DNA from: Octopus sinensis
Taxonomy: Eukaryota
Length of the DNA stretch: 64,000 nt
Direction: 5' to 3'
Assembly (NCBI RefSeq): GCF_006345805.1
Contig: NC_043006.1
Coordinates: forward strand, 104,966,001-105,030,000
Below are positions 23,939 through 38,370 of the stretch, piece after piece; within the stretch, counting starts at the first letter, position 1; each line of letters starts with the position of its first letter. The position numbers and the translations under genes were made by a program. Below the pieces are notes generated by a model. It saw only the letters and a list, made by a program, of their open reading frames with translations, made no database searches and was not told the origin of the DNA.

Positions 23939-24602
23939 CTTATATATATATATATATATATAAAACAAATGAGGATAACGGAAAATGTGGAATTCACACG
24001 AATCTTTATTCATCACACCGACCGTTTCGACCCATTATGTATCGTGTTAGTACTCATTATTTATATACACCAATGTACTCTTGCTTCCGTGGCAAAGATA
24101 ATAAAATTTTGGAAATGTTTTTTTTTTTGTTGTTGAACGAAACGTTATGCTTATAATACCTATCTATGGAATATAGTTTGGACACAATGCAGAATTGATA
24201 ATAAAACTCGGTCATAAATACGCCTTCTCTAAATTGCATTCTATAATAGCGATGTGCATTTGGCAAGGATTCTTAGATAACTGAAAAATCTCACCACTCT
24301 TTTACGTCTGAAGCTGTAAATATTTGTGTGAGTATGTTTAAGTCGTTGTATGTTACGTATAGTTGTAAGAACAAATATGTAGATGCGTGTGTGTAGGCAT
24401 ATATATATATATACACACACACACAACCATATATATATATGTGTGTGTGTGTGTTTGTGTGTGAAGGCATACATATATATGTATGTCTACGTATATATAT
24501 TTATATGTGTGCATGTATATTTTATTTGTATATGTCTACATATATTTTTATGTGCATATCTCTATATTTGTGTGGGTGTATATTTGTATACGTATATTAG
24601 GA

Positions 24603-24656
<54 letters not shown>

Positions 24657-24956
24657 TTACCCTAGAATTGGTTTCTGATTATATGTGTGCACTTATAATC
24701 TAATCAACATACTTTAATACCAATTTGATGGTTTTCATCAAATACATGTATATGCGTGTGTGTGTGTGTGTGTGTGTGTGTCTCTGTTATATATAAGTAT
24801 ATATACATATGTATGCGTGCGGGTGTATGAGTGTGTCTGTATATGTATGTATATATGCGTGTGTATGTATGTGTGTCTACGTATATATAAAATATATATA
24901 TATATTATATATATATATATGTCTGTGAGTATTAGCTATTAGTGTGTGTACACACG

Positions 24957-24999
<43 letters not shown>

Positions 25000-26060
25000 T
25001 TATATACATATATATGTAGTATATATGTGTGTGTATATACATGTATGTATGTGTGTATTTGTGCATATTTTTGTGTGTATACATGTGTGCAACTCGGTAG
25101 GTGCGTAACTTTTGTTTTTATTCTTCTTCATTTGTTACTATTATACAACATACCACATATCCTGTAGTGATAAATTTGCTATTTCGAGCATAAATGGAAT
25201 GGAAATTTCCTGTGATGGCACCTTTCCATTAAAACTCACTGATTTCAGAAAGAAAAAGTAAACGATGGAATCGTTTCCTTGAAATTAATCAATTATAACC
25301 AGTATTCTGCAGACTCGTCTCAGCTAAAACCTTTGTTATAATTGTATTATATCTAGAGAACGATATCAGTATTAATCGTGTTGAAATATGTTAGCTATTG
25401 TATGGAACTTTGAAATATCAACACAAGCACACAAGCCACATATATACACACAATCATATCCGCACGCACACGCACACACATACATACACACGCGCGCGCA
25501 CACATACATATCTGCACGCATACGCATGCGCACATACAGACACAGCTATATTATGTTATAGTTTCGGCGCAAAAGTTTCGATGCAAAAATGAGATTTTTT
25601 TAGTGTAAATCTCTACAGTGTTTGCTACATTTGCTGCTGCTGCTGCTACTGCTGCTACTGCTGCTGCTACTACTGCCACTACTGCTGTTTTTGTTTATAT
25701 GTGTTGTGTTTGTTAATGCTACTGTTTTTTGTTGTTGTTAGTTAAATTCTGACGACGCGAGAGTATCATGAAAGATAAGCTACAGTCATGATTATCTCCA
25801 CAATTTCTTCAGATTATATTAACTAGAACTGTATTTAACTATAAAGCAAAACTGTTAATATATTCCACTGATTATAAACATTAAATTAAATTAAAGTAAT
25901 CAGTTTACTAGTACGAATCCAATAAAGTAATATGTACACAGATCTGCCCATAGTTAATTGCTTTGAAATATCAGAAGCTTCGATAGAGTCGAGGTAGATA
26001 GAATAAATTATGTTGGTATATTTTTCAATCTTTACTTTAATATTTAAAGTGATATGAGCC

Positions 26061-26570
26061 AGCGAGCTGGCAGAATCGTTAGAACGCTGGGCAAAATGCT
26101 TAGTGGCGTTTCGTTCATCTTTGCTTTCGGAGTTCAAGTCCAGCCCGAGGTTTACATTGTCTTTTATCCTTTTGTAGTCTAAATTAAGCGCCAGTCAAGC
26201 AGTGGAATCGATGTAAACGACTTTCCCATCCAGGAAGTTGCTGGCCTCGTGCCAAAATTTGAAACCAATAATACGGCACGCTGAAGTATTTGTAGTAGAA
26301 GGACTACCTTTCGTATAGTCTAGAGTTTAACCAATTTAGGGGATGCATTGGTAGAACCATTAAAGCAGCAGACAACAAATCTGCGGAATTCGTTCTGGTG
26401 CTCAGCAGTATTTCGTTCGACTTTACTTTCTGAGTTCAAATTCAGCCGAGGTTACGTTTGCCTTTCGGGGTCAATAAAATAAGCACCAGTCGAACTCTGG
26501 GGTCGATGTAATCGATTTATCCCCAACCTCGAAATTACTGGCCTTGTGTGAAAATTGGAAATCAATATTC
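26061..26570 (+). mobile_element. Two decayed SINE family B copies (about 26061-26270 and 26341-26570)
   Basis: GCGAGCTGGCAGAATCGTTAG head; GAGTTCAAATTCAGCCGAGG; GGGGTCGATGTAATCGA. Confidence 0.75.
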
Positions 26571-27949
26571 CAAGCGAGAGAGAGAGAGAGAGTAGTTTCA
26601 AGAGGACCAACAACGTATCGTTATTTCTAGAAGTTATGACGACCATGTAGCTGCATTATTATCCTTGGAAATCGTGTCGAAAAATCTGTGGAATGTATGA
26701 AAAAAAAAATATACATTCTAAATTCAATCGAATAAATATACTGAAAAAATAAATTGTAAAAAAAAAATACAATTAGAATGAGCAGCTCTGCTGAATTTTT
26801 GCAGATTTTGAGCATCACCGACAATTTTGTATTCATGTGGCGTAACTTCAGAAAAATCAGCGTTTCTTTTACTAAACGCCACCACCAGGTCTGAACGAAA
26901 CATACGACATAGTGGTAGAATTACTGCTCATTAAAATTTTGCCAAGTTTATAAAATTTCTTGTCTGTTCACAATTAATTGAACCAATTTCCACAAGGGTG
27001 TCAAGAGTTTTAAGGCGCTCTTGACGTAATAATCATACAACAAGAAAATATATTGTAAGATTCAAGGAGTAAAGTGATAGCTGTTCTCTAAAATATTCTA
27101 GCTGCCTTTCTAACCGTGCATCGATGTCCTTTACGTCACTTTTCCTTTCATTTCTCTTTTCAGCTACACTAAAACTGCATCATAGACTGCAACCAGAAGC
27201 ATACTCACTGAATGATTGTCGCAAATTTACTCACAGACAAAATCCAACCTCCGACCTCGCTATTCAGACTTTCGCAACGCATTCTCCTGTCCACTAATTT
27301 TCAGCTTTGTTTTGTCCAACATCCTAGAACCCACACTAATCAATCTACTCAGTAACTTTCGTTTTAGAATCTCGTTCCTATTCAATTCACTCCCAGCTCA
27401 TGTCTCGAAAGTTGGTTTTTCTTACAGAGATACAAAAGACAACATTTATTGCTGGACACACACAGAAACACAAAGACACACACGCACTCTCTCTCTTTTT
27501 CTCTCTCTATAACTCTCTTTCTCTGTCTCCCTCTGTTTATTCATACACCTACATATATTCGTGCACATGCGCACACAGACATACACACATACGTATTTTT
27601 ATCTGTATACTCAAACACGAACCAAAAAACAAATATGAAAATATACAAAGCAATGTATATATACATATGTTGGAGAGAAGGACAGGAAGAGATGGATACA
27701 CACAGACACACACGCATACATACCTGTACGAACGAATACACATGTGAGTCAAAGTAAGAGGAGATGCAGAAAAGCGAAAGACAGATCCAGTGATAGCGTG
27801 TCATGGGCGAAAGAGACAAGCAAACACATATCCGGAGATATCTTGGTACGTAGGAAGAGTTTGTACGTCATACAAAGTTATTACCAGTCTTTTCTGTCAA
27901 GTAAAAAACTAACAATTGCTCCAGGTTATATTATCGTTCATAGCCGCAG

Positions 27950-28366
27950 GGGAGGCTAGAATCTTGCTTGCTAACTACATGGATCCAGGTTCAGTCGTAC
28001 TGCGGAGCGTCTTGGAGAGGTATGTTTTGCTTTAGCCTCGGAACGAGCAAAGCCTTATGAAACGAAAACTGAAAGAAGCCCATCATACACACACACACAC
28101 ACAAAAATATATATATATATATATGAGTGTGTGTGTGTGTGTTTGTCCCTTATCACGGCCAGAGAACCGGTGTTGGTGTGTGTACGTCTCGTAAATTAAT
28201 TATTCGGCATAAGAGAGTCACAGGATAAATACCGGACTTACAAAAAGCGTAAGTACGGTGTACACCGTACTTACGCTTTTTTGTAAGTCCGGTATTTATC
28301 CTTGTCGAATCTTCAAGGCAGTGCCCCAGCATGACCACAGTCTAATGATTGAAACAAGTAAAATAT
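27950..28366 (+). mobile_element. Composite SINE: module A, internal microsatellite, module E
   Basis: Decayed A ends GAAAACTGAAAGAAGCCC; CA/TA/TG tract; then CCGGTGTTGGTG...GCAGTGCCCCAGCATGACC...GAAACAAGTAAAA. Confidence 0.7.
28223..28301. repeat. 79-bp near-perfect palindrome with no spacer
   Basis: GGATAAATACCGGACTTACAAAAAGCGTAAGTACGGTGT|ACACCGTACTTACGCTTTTTTGTAAGTCCGGTATTTATCC; a single indel. Confidence 0.95.
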
Positions 28367-28670
28367 GGAAGGTAAAAAGATATATATATATATATAATAA
28401 CTATTCTTTGAGGGAATAAAATCCCAAACTTACAAGGAAAAAAATTCAATTCAGAAAAACTAAATCAAATTTCACACAATATAATATATATATATATAAA
28501 AATTAGAAAAAACACATTTTATTAATTCAAAATGAACAATTAAATTACACCATCTAGAAAATTACATGTAATAGAAATATTAAAATTTAAATAACAATAA
28601 AATATCAATGATTAAGTAAATTGCAAAAAAAAATAATAAAAATGTATATAATTGGTTATATATATATATG

Positions 28671-28788
<118 letters not shown>

Positions 28789-29189
28789 CAAAATGTTAGC
28801 ACCAAGCAGTGTTTAGGCATAAACAAAATTTAGGTTATATGTTAGTTAAAAATATGTTTGTGACATATTTCAACTGCCAAAAGGCAAATACACAGCAGTT
28901 ACTCTGGAGAAAATATCTCGCTTATTGTAAAAGGTGTAAAACATCCGGTTTGTTCAGTGTCGCCATCTATTAGGAATCCCAGACATCGATGTTTCGAGTT
29001 TATTGATACTTGTCAATGGCATGTATCTAAAAGATGTGACTCTGAACAAACTTATAAAACAATAACTTTATATATAATTCAGTCAACTGCGGTGACTGAT
29101 TTGCGCTTGTAAATACTATCACACCAACATGTATGTATGCCTTTATTTACGTACGTACGTACGATTGTATGTATGTATGTATGTATATG

Positions 29190-29465
29190 TGCAGATCAGT
29201 ATGTTTTGTTTTATGTATGTATTCTGATGCATATAGTTGCATATCTAGATATGCTCATATATATTTAAATGATACACTTCTGTTTCCAGTGATGGCTTGG
29301 ATCTGAAGTTTCCGAATCGGCTTTTGGTTTTGAGAAACCTAAGTTCTCAAGATTGGTATTTAGGCCGCGTGTTACATATCTCAGTGCCCCAATAATTACA
29401 AGCATAAACCTGAACTTGTAATCTGGATAGAATAGCTGTAGATTCCTAAATGGGGGATCTCTTAT
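29190..29465 (-). mobile_element. RLE-type non-LTR retrotransposon C-terminal fragment, (TACA)n-associated family
   Basis: RNLQLFYPDYKFRFMLVIIGALRYV...NLENLGFSK; homologous to 61860-62100. Confidence 0.75.
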
Positions 29466-29649
29466 GCATGGTTCTTGTCTGTGTGCAAGCATGTGTGTAC
29501 TCGTGTATGTCCGTGAGTTATAACAAATAACTGAAAATAGTTTGTGCCCTTCACATAGACAGAAAAGACTAAGAATTGTGTTCTCAATTCCCTAAAAGAC
29601 ATATTTGATTTATCGAAACACTCTTCGAGAGAAATTACCCGAAAATATG

Positions 29650-30140
29650 GCGGCAACTGCAGATAATTTTAAGCAAGAATAGTCGAGTTAACGGTTCCTC
29701 ATGAAGATAATATGGACGCCGCTCGGGCTCGAAAATTTAACCGTTATGTAAACCTCCTCGAGGTATATGAAGACGCAGGCTGGAAAGCGGAACATTTTCC
29801 AATCGAAGTCGGATGTAGAAGGTACGTCCGACACAGTGTGAGACGACTGTTGTTATCGCTAGGCCTAACTCATCGTAAAGTCAATACCACCATGACCGAT
29901 ATCCAATCTACAGTGGAGAAGGCTAGCCACTGGATTTGGTTAAAAAGAGACGATGAGCGATGGCTAGAAGGATATTGAACTTTATTTGATAACCAGCTGA
30001 TCTAGCAAGCGGGACATCATATCAGTGAGTGGAAGCCGGTGCGCATTGATGCCGTCGAGAAGTAGGCCCCGAAACGGGGCGCATTTTCTCCTGATGACTT
30101 CCGGTATGCGGAGTTTTTGACTGGTAGCACTTGCATGTGC
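29650..30140 (+). mobile_element. HERO/NeSL-like non-LTR 3' fragment (RLE domain and 3' UTR)
   Basis: IVELTVPHEDNMDAARARKFNRY...GWKAEHFPIEVGCR...EKASHWIWLKR*; the clade name is from recalled motif similarity. Confidence 0.8.
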
Positions 30141-30758
30141 AAGTTGTTTGCAAGACACCAGTAACAATCACACACCGGCATTAGAATGCCATAAAGGCAA
30201 AATGGATCTGATTTCATGGTAACAAGAAGACAAAATTATAAACATATTCCTACCTTCATATGCATCATCAACGCCGCATCATTATTCCTCTATTATTTGC
30301 AGTAAAGCATAAAGCATAGACATAAACAGAAAGAGAAGAGGATATTTTCTGCCACAGTAATGTGGACTACTCAACTTCCTAACGAAGAATATCACGTGGT
30401 GGTTATTAGTATGAAAAGGATAGAATATGACACAATAGGAGTCTCTATATCGTTTTCAAGCACCATTTTTCACACGCTATTCGTTTCTAATACCGACAAT
30501 ACCTTGGAAGCCACTTGTACAAGATAAACAACGTTATTAACCACACAGCTAGTTCTCTATCTGTATGGTAACAAAATGGATTTTTTCGTCTTTCTATTAG
30601 TTATTTTATAATAGCATCTCTCTTCGCCTGTCTTCTATTCACAACATATCTACTCAATTTCACACTCTTTTTTTCATTGCAATAATTCAATCCTGTATTC
30701 CGCTCCTACGGAATATCATCATCATATGGACATACGTGTGTGTGTGTATGTATATATA

Positions 30759-30801
<43 letters not shown>

Positions 30802-31196
30802 TGGGTATGTTCGTATACATATATATAGGTATGTATTTATGAACATATATATATACACACATACATATATGCATGCATACATGTATGTGTGTGTGTTTTC
30901 TCATTGACTATTTCTCTTCGCCCGAAGGATAAATTCTCAAAAGCATTTACGTTCTGCTTCGCACGGTATTGCTTGTTAATTTTATTGCAGGATTTAAATA
31001 ATAAAACAGAATTGAAAGCAATAAAAGAAGCAGATGAGAAAGTGAAACAAAAATTGTGTTCTCTCTTCTTAGTATTGCTTTGTTCGGGCACAATATATTT
31101 AAGTATAGCTGAAGAAAGACAGCGATTTTTAATTAGGATATCATTATTGCATTCAAATTACTTGAGATGGTGAACCAACAAGATATTCGATAATTG

Positions 31197-31247
<51 letters not shown>

Positions 31248-31423
31248 TGTGTTTATGTGTGAGTGTGTATGTGCTTCTGCGTGCGACTATGGTATTTGTG
31301 CAAGTGTCAACAGGTAGATTCGTGGGTTATCGTAAGTAGTTGCTTTATAGGTAGAATGTGATGATTGCAGATATTCTTTAAAGCATCTTAGTGTGGACTT
31401 GATATTGTGTTATAGAAATCATG

Positions 31424-31839
31424 GGATCTTTTCGGTTTGAACGGCAGTTTTTAACATAATTTCCATGTAACTAACAAATTTTAAACTTCGTATACTGGTA
31501 GAATGTGTTTATAAAACATATTTTTCTGTTGGCTTTATTGAGAAAATTCTATAGTTTGTAAGATGTTTGTTGTTTTTTTCTTCAATTTCTGAAATTTCAA
31601 CCAATCACTGACGTCTAATCAGGTAAACAACATTCTGTGCCGTATGAATATGTCCCTCGTTTAAGAAACGGATTCGGTTTATTTACATTTCTGAATAAAA
31701 AAAGATATCCGTCCCCGCACCCCAAACCCTAACCCTAAAAGATATTGAAATGCAATAGATCGATACTAGGGTCATAATTATGGGTGACAATTTTATATGA
31801 CATCGCTAGAAAAAACTGCCGTTCAAACCGAAAAGATCC
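31424..31839 (-). mobile_element. MITE, copy 3
   Basis: Same 29-bp TIR; 8-bp TSD AAATCATG; internal CCCTAA repeats. Confidence 0.92.
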
Positions 31840-32330
31840 AAATCATGTATGCTACTATTAAAGTGTTACTCAGTGCAAGCTGTCGCATGGCGGGGTCATC
31901 GGCGACTAAACAGGTAACCCTACAAAACCTACTTGATCAGGTGGGTGGGTTTCGTTGGGCATCTTGCCAGAAGAAAAGAGGGAAGAAACTGCGAAGAGAC
32001 GGAAGAATTCGGTGGAGTCAACGATCATCCAACAAGAGTGAGTAACTAGATTTGATTTAGACATCTCTCGAGGAGAAGGAAACTCGTGTCATTGGGAAAC
32101 GAGTAATCTGGCACTTGCTTGATTCAGGACTAATTTTGGCCTTGAAGGTGTGTCTTAGCGTTGTCGTCCAAGCTGCTTTTCACTTTAAAGCTCAGTAAGG
32201 GCATTGCTGGCATTTTCTTTAGCATCTCGAATAAAATAATTTGTCTGTGATGGTCACTCATCATCATGGGACAAATGCCATGTATGGGAGAACTCACACT
32301 CACACACACACACACAAATATTTTTATGAC

Positions 32331-32388
<58 letters not shown>

Positions 32389-32389
32389 G

Positions 32390-33441
<1,052 letters not shown>

Positions 33442-33741
33442 GATCGTGAGGTTGTGAGCTCGAATCCCGGACCGGGCTGCGTGTTGTGTTCTTGAGCAAG
33501 ACACTTTATTTCACATTGCTCCAGTTCACTCAGCTGTAGAAATGAGTTGCGACGTCACAGGTGCCAAGCTGTATCGACCTTTGTCTTTCCCTTGGATAAC
33601 ACTGGTGGCGTGGAGAGGGGAGGCTGGTATGCATGGGCGACTGCTGGTCTTCCATAAAACAACCTTGCCCGGACTTGTGTCTAGGAGGGTAACTTTCTAG
33701 GTGCAATCCCATGGTCATTCATGACCGAAGGGGGTCTTTAC
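33442..33741 (+). mobile_element. SINE family C
   Basis: GAGCTCGAATCCCGG B-box-like; GTTCTTGAGCAAGACACTT...CACTCAGCTGTAGAAATG core; tail shared with 52932-53195 and 40092-40338. Confidence 0.85.
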
Positions 33742-33770
33742 AATAGTAGTAGTAGTAGTAGTAGTAGTAA

Positions 33771-33820
<50 letters not shown>

Positions 33821-33860
33821 TTGTTGTCGTTGACATTGTCGCCGTTGTTGATTTTGCCAT

Positions 33861-34027
33861 TAAGGAGGTAAGCTTCCAAATTCGTCAGCACGCCAGATAC
33901 AATACTTTGAGTCATTTCGTCCGTCTCTACGTTCTGAGTCCAAACTGCGTCGAGGTCGTCTTTGCCTTTCAAACTTCACTGATTGAGAAAGTAAGTATTA
34001 GTCGAGTAGTAGGGTCGACTTATCCGA
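33861..34027 (+). mobile_element. SINE family B, decayed
   Basis: GTCAGCACGCCAG...GTTCTGAGTCCAAACTGCGTCGAGGTCG. Confidence 0.65.
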
Positions 34028-34280
34028 GAGGGGATCCGTCGATTACATATATCTACGCATGCACACACACACGCATAAACATATGTATACTCAAATATTC
34101 GAACGAATTTATTTAAATAACACGCGTACACGTTTCCATAGTAGTGAGAAAAACGTCTTTTCATAATTCACATCGTTTTCATATTGAGATTGTAATTTAT
34201 GGTTTTATTGTTCGCATCTTTAAACATTTTGATATATATTCGAAAGTTAACACCCACCCACACATGTATGTATATATGTG

Positions 34281-34312
<32 letters not shown>

Positions 34313-34328
34313 TATATATACACACACA

Positions 34329-34385
<57 letters not shown>

Positions 34386-34579
34386 GGACGCCATGATAGA
34401 TCGTTAGCTCCTACATGCATTTTTTTCTCTCCTTGTTTTTTTCTGTGTATCTTTCTGTCGAAGAGCGTAGGCTCGAAATGTAAAAGACTTTTTCTATTCC
34501 CGAGCGCTATACTAATACATTTGTATGTTTGTACTCCACCTGCCTTCGTCTTTTGTTTATTTTCGTAAACTTTCCCTTT

Positions 34580-34583
<4 letters not shown>
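34386..34583 (+). mobile_element. (TA)n-bounded mini-element with HHR-like motif
   Basis: TA runs on both sides; 3' part (CCACCTG.CTTCGTCT...AAACTTT) also at about 42400-42455. Confidence 0.6.
34450..34487 (+). ncRNA. Hammerhead-like motif with atypical core
   Basis: UCUUU CUGUCGAA GAGC-GUAG-GCUC GAAA UG UA AAAGA: 5-bp stem I and 4-bp stem II are perfect; core has U at position 6 and an extra A. Confidence 0.45.
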
Positions 34584-34621
<38 letters not shown>

Positions 34622-35265
34622 TATACACACAAATAATATGCACATGGATGTTCAATGTTGAATTACTATCTTTTAAAATCATTTATGAACAAATATTTGG
34701 AGTACAGGTGTTGTTTGATGTAATTTCAAATTCTTTTGGATGCAAATGTAATATCCATGTTTAAAACTAGCACGTAGAGACTTTAGATTTACAGTTATCA
34801 TGATGGCAGTGAAAGTGAACAGAATCCAAATACAGTCGTCATAACTTAAATTTTGAGACCTATTGGTATTTTGATTTTCTCAAAGCGATTTACATCCATA
34901 AACTTCTTAAACGCAATTGACATTTGAAACACCTGCTACGTGCGAAATACGTTATTGTAAGGTACAAGAGCGGCTGAAATTGACTGTTTCCCTCTTAAAA
35001 TATGTGTTCTTGAACTTTCATTTTAGACATAAAATTTGGTCGCTTGTCCTCAAAAATACAAATTTACCAAATAGAATGGTTAATAGTGATTAGTTACATC
35101 CGTTAAACCACTAACCACATTAAAGTACTGCTGATCTGACTTCAACATACAGACTTCGATGTTCCATGGAATAAACCACGGTCAGGCAGTGGACAGGACT
35201 GTCAACGTCACAAAATGCTTTACTTCACGTCAAAGCTCAAAACCCTTGATGCATTGATAGAGACA

Positions 35266-35620
35266 TTTACACGAATTTATGTTGTTAATAACTAACAATT
35301 TACATAAATTTATATTATTAATAACTAGCAATTAGCACTAAATAATGTTATCCATAATTCAAACGAATTAATATTTTTCAAAACTAGTAAGTTTCACAAG
35401 AATTAATATTATTAATTCTTAGAAATTTTTTGATGAGCAAAACTTAATTATTAACTAGCAAATTATATGTATTAATGTTATTAATAAACAGTAATTTCCA
35501 TGAATTAATATTATTTGGAAATGATTTTCACGAGCTAAATCTTATTAATAATAAACAAATTATATTTATTAACGTTATTAATATCTTTTAATTTACATAA
35601 TTTAATGTTATGAAAACATT
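35266..35620. repeat. Degenerate AT-rich minisatellite of about 33 bp
   Basis: Recurring TTT(A/C)CA.GAATT.AT.TTATTAATAACTA.CAA, roughly 11 units. Confidence 0.6.
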
Positions 35621-36625
35621 TATTAATAATAAATATTTTTAATAAGTAAAGGTGTCTTTAATTAAAGCTTGGGTGCTTTTAGAAGTGTTTCTACTAATTT
35701 TCTCGGCTTGAGGATAAATTCTTCACTTCCTCATACGCGTTCTCAGAGATTCTAACAATTAAGATTCAAACCGGTTTTTGGTATTATTCTTCATTCTTTG
35801 ACCTAAATATTTTAAAGCTATATATTCCGCAGTTAATGCTTTGGCTAGGCATAAATTGCACTTATATATTGACGCTTCCCTTTGTTCTGTTCCTTGCTTA
35901 GAAAAAAATAATGTGTACTACCGTAACTTACATTTGTATGATTATCAAACATTTTCATGCTGTAATCTCAGGAAATGCGCCATGGACCTATTTTTGAGGA
36001 GTTCATGGTTTCTTGGAGGAAGGAAGAATGCCATCAGTTTGCAAAAGATGGAATTCCGTTAAATGCTGTGGGGGGTTCTGAAATAGCTGCAATCAACTGA
36101 AAACAGGAGATTGTTAAAATCAGATCAACAGTTCAAAATCTTGTAAACTAGACATTGTTTTTTCATGGGAATGGGTAGTAAAAATTAAAAAGAGGGCGAA
36201 AAATAAGTCGCCATTTTTAATAAAGCTGGTTTTAAACTTATTTTATTAGTCCAAGCACTTGACAAACATAGGCTTTGATACCTAACATTGCATACTATTA
36301 CAATATGTTATGCATCTAACAAGGTTTGATAACACAGTAAAATCCCTATAAATTCCCCAAGTAAATACTAAACGATCGTTAGAGCGTCGGACAAGAATAT
36401 TTTTGGTATTTGTTGTGGTTCTTTGTATCGTGAGCTCCAGCCAAGTCAATTTTTAAATTCTCCCAAGTACGATAAAATAAAATACCGCTTAGTATGCTGG
36501 TATCAACTGAATCGGTTCCACATCTGTCCGAGCATCTCAAGAGAGGTGTTTTGACAAAATATGGTGTTAGAGAGCAGTAGGAGTACAGCACAGCTATATT
36601 CGTATTCGCTATCCATAACGCTTTT

Positions 36626-37225
36626 TTATTATCGCCTACAAGACACATATATACATATACACGTACAAACACACATCCTTGACTCGTACATGCACATATT
36701 TTTTTTCTAAAAGGCGGGCTTCATTAAAAGAGATTACAAAAAGCAGATATTGTTTGGCTAGCTTACGTTCTCACTTTTACCGAACTGAATGCTTTTCAGT
36801 GTATTTACTATTTTGCTTTTTTTTTGTTTTTTAGTTCATATCACAAACTCTCCACGACATAACTAACGATCATATACCTCATATACATGTATCGTCTTGC
36901 GTATTTTCAAGGCCAATTTCAAAACAGTGGACTGGCAGGTTATCTGAAGCGTTGGTAGAATAAATTTTAGGTATTTTTCCTACTCTTTACGCTCTGCTTT
37001 AAATAGAAAAAACGTCCACCGTTATAAATTTTCCTTCTGATATTAATTTTCCGCTGATATAAATTTGGACTCGAGATAACATTGTAGCTGTTAGGTATTT
37101 GTTTTGATTCTATCGGTGAATCACTCTGCCTTCAAAATTGCTTGCCTTGCACAGAAATGAGGAGCAATTGTTGGGGGCAATATATTTCCTGTATTCGCTT
37201 CTCAACAACGGTTTCGAATTTCAAA
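36626..37225. repeat. Local duplication of about 600 bp, copy 1
   Basis: Highly similar to 38371-39001 (offset about 1745). Confidence 0.92.
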
Positions 37226-38189
37226 ACCTTCCCATTTTCAATATATTTTTTATGATCATGTATTGAGGTTATCAGTTTCAGTATATTTAATCATCAGTAA
37301 CACATTTTAATTGGATTCATTATTTCTATAATTACTTTCGATTTAATTATAGTTTAATACAATAGTTTCTTATGAAACATAATAGTTTCCAGTTTTTCTA
37401 TTGCTTATTTTAATAAAACAATATTTCTATCTTAATTGTGGAACAATAAACATCTTTAATTTTGAATTAGGATTAGATCTATTTTCTCACACGTCCTGAG
37501 GGAAAGGCGTTTGCGATACAAGTTGGTTGTGTTTGCGTCACTTTACATCTCTCTGCTAATATCGTTAAAGAATGGCATGAATAGCACAACACACAGAAAT
37601 CAACAAGTACAACAGCTCACGTATAGATTAGGCTCATCTCGCAAAGTCAAAGAGTTGACACTATTTTTGCATTGGTACGTATAATACATACATATTTATC
37701 ATATATATTTCTGTTTAGTCAACAGAAGTTTTAATAAACGATTTGCATGACTTTACTTTTAAACAAATTTCCGATGTATGAATAAGAAGGCTGGCTCGTT
37801 TACCACACGTTTCAAATTTCTTTTAGATTTGATCAAATTTTTAAAGAAAACAAATATAATGCAGAGAAGAAGAGAGCAGAAATGCAACAGTATATGTGCA
37901 CAAAATATTACCGTTGACAAGACCAGCCTCATCAACGCCGTTTCATGTAACTATCTTCTATTATTCCATATAAATACAGAAACGAAACTGAAGCCAACAT
38001 GCGACATTTTAAAATAGGTTACAGTTAATAACATCATTTTCGGCTGCGATTGCTTCTCAAAATTGAATTAATTTGGAAACTTCTAATCTGTATCACATTA
38101 TATATGTTTCTGCATTCATTCGTAAATAACACACGACAAAGTTTAGAGTATAATGTTTCAGGATCATGAAGATGCACTGTAGTTTCGGA

Positions 38190-38231
38190 TCAACATGGTG
38201 AACATGTCACTTCAATTATGCCATAGATATT
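38190..38231 (-). CDS. Candidate terminal coding exon (NIYGIIEVTCSPC*)
   Basis: Acceptor TGTCTTTTACAG; phase 0, compatible with the 39123 exon. Confidence 0.25.
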   Translation of the reverse strand, partial: NIYGIIEVTCSPC

Positions 38232-38370
38232 CTGTAAAAGACAACAGATTATATAAATTAGCTCAATAATTATCAAATCTGGAGTTTATGCAGAAGATTG
38301 ATTTTAAATTCCCCTTCTTTTTCTTAGAGTTAAGTGACTAACTACCAGGCTGTCCACTGATATTCGATCC

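Noticed and set aside
26770-26890. Possible exon
   Set aside because: Open frames and splice-like sites occur on both strands and no partner exon was found; undecidable without RNA data.
30105-30135. Hammerhead at CUGAUGA (30110)
   Set aside because: The hairpin after it is not followed by GAAA, and the upstream GAAA is the loop of a separate hairpin.
35100-35270. Decayed Sushi/EGF-like exon (minus strand CLYQCIKGFEL ... FCDVD)
   Set aside because: It needs a stop read-through and a frameshift within 20 codons; chance resemblance is likely.
38100-38231. Selenocysteine read-through of the TGA in CSPC*
   Set aside because: The exon itself is uncertain and I could not identify a SECIS element downstream.
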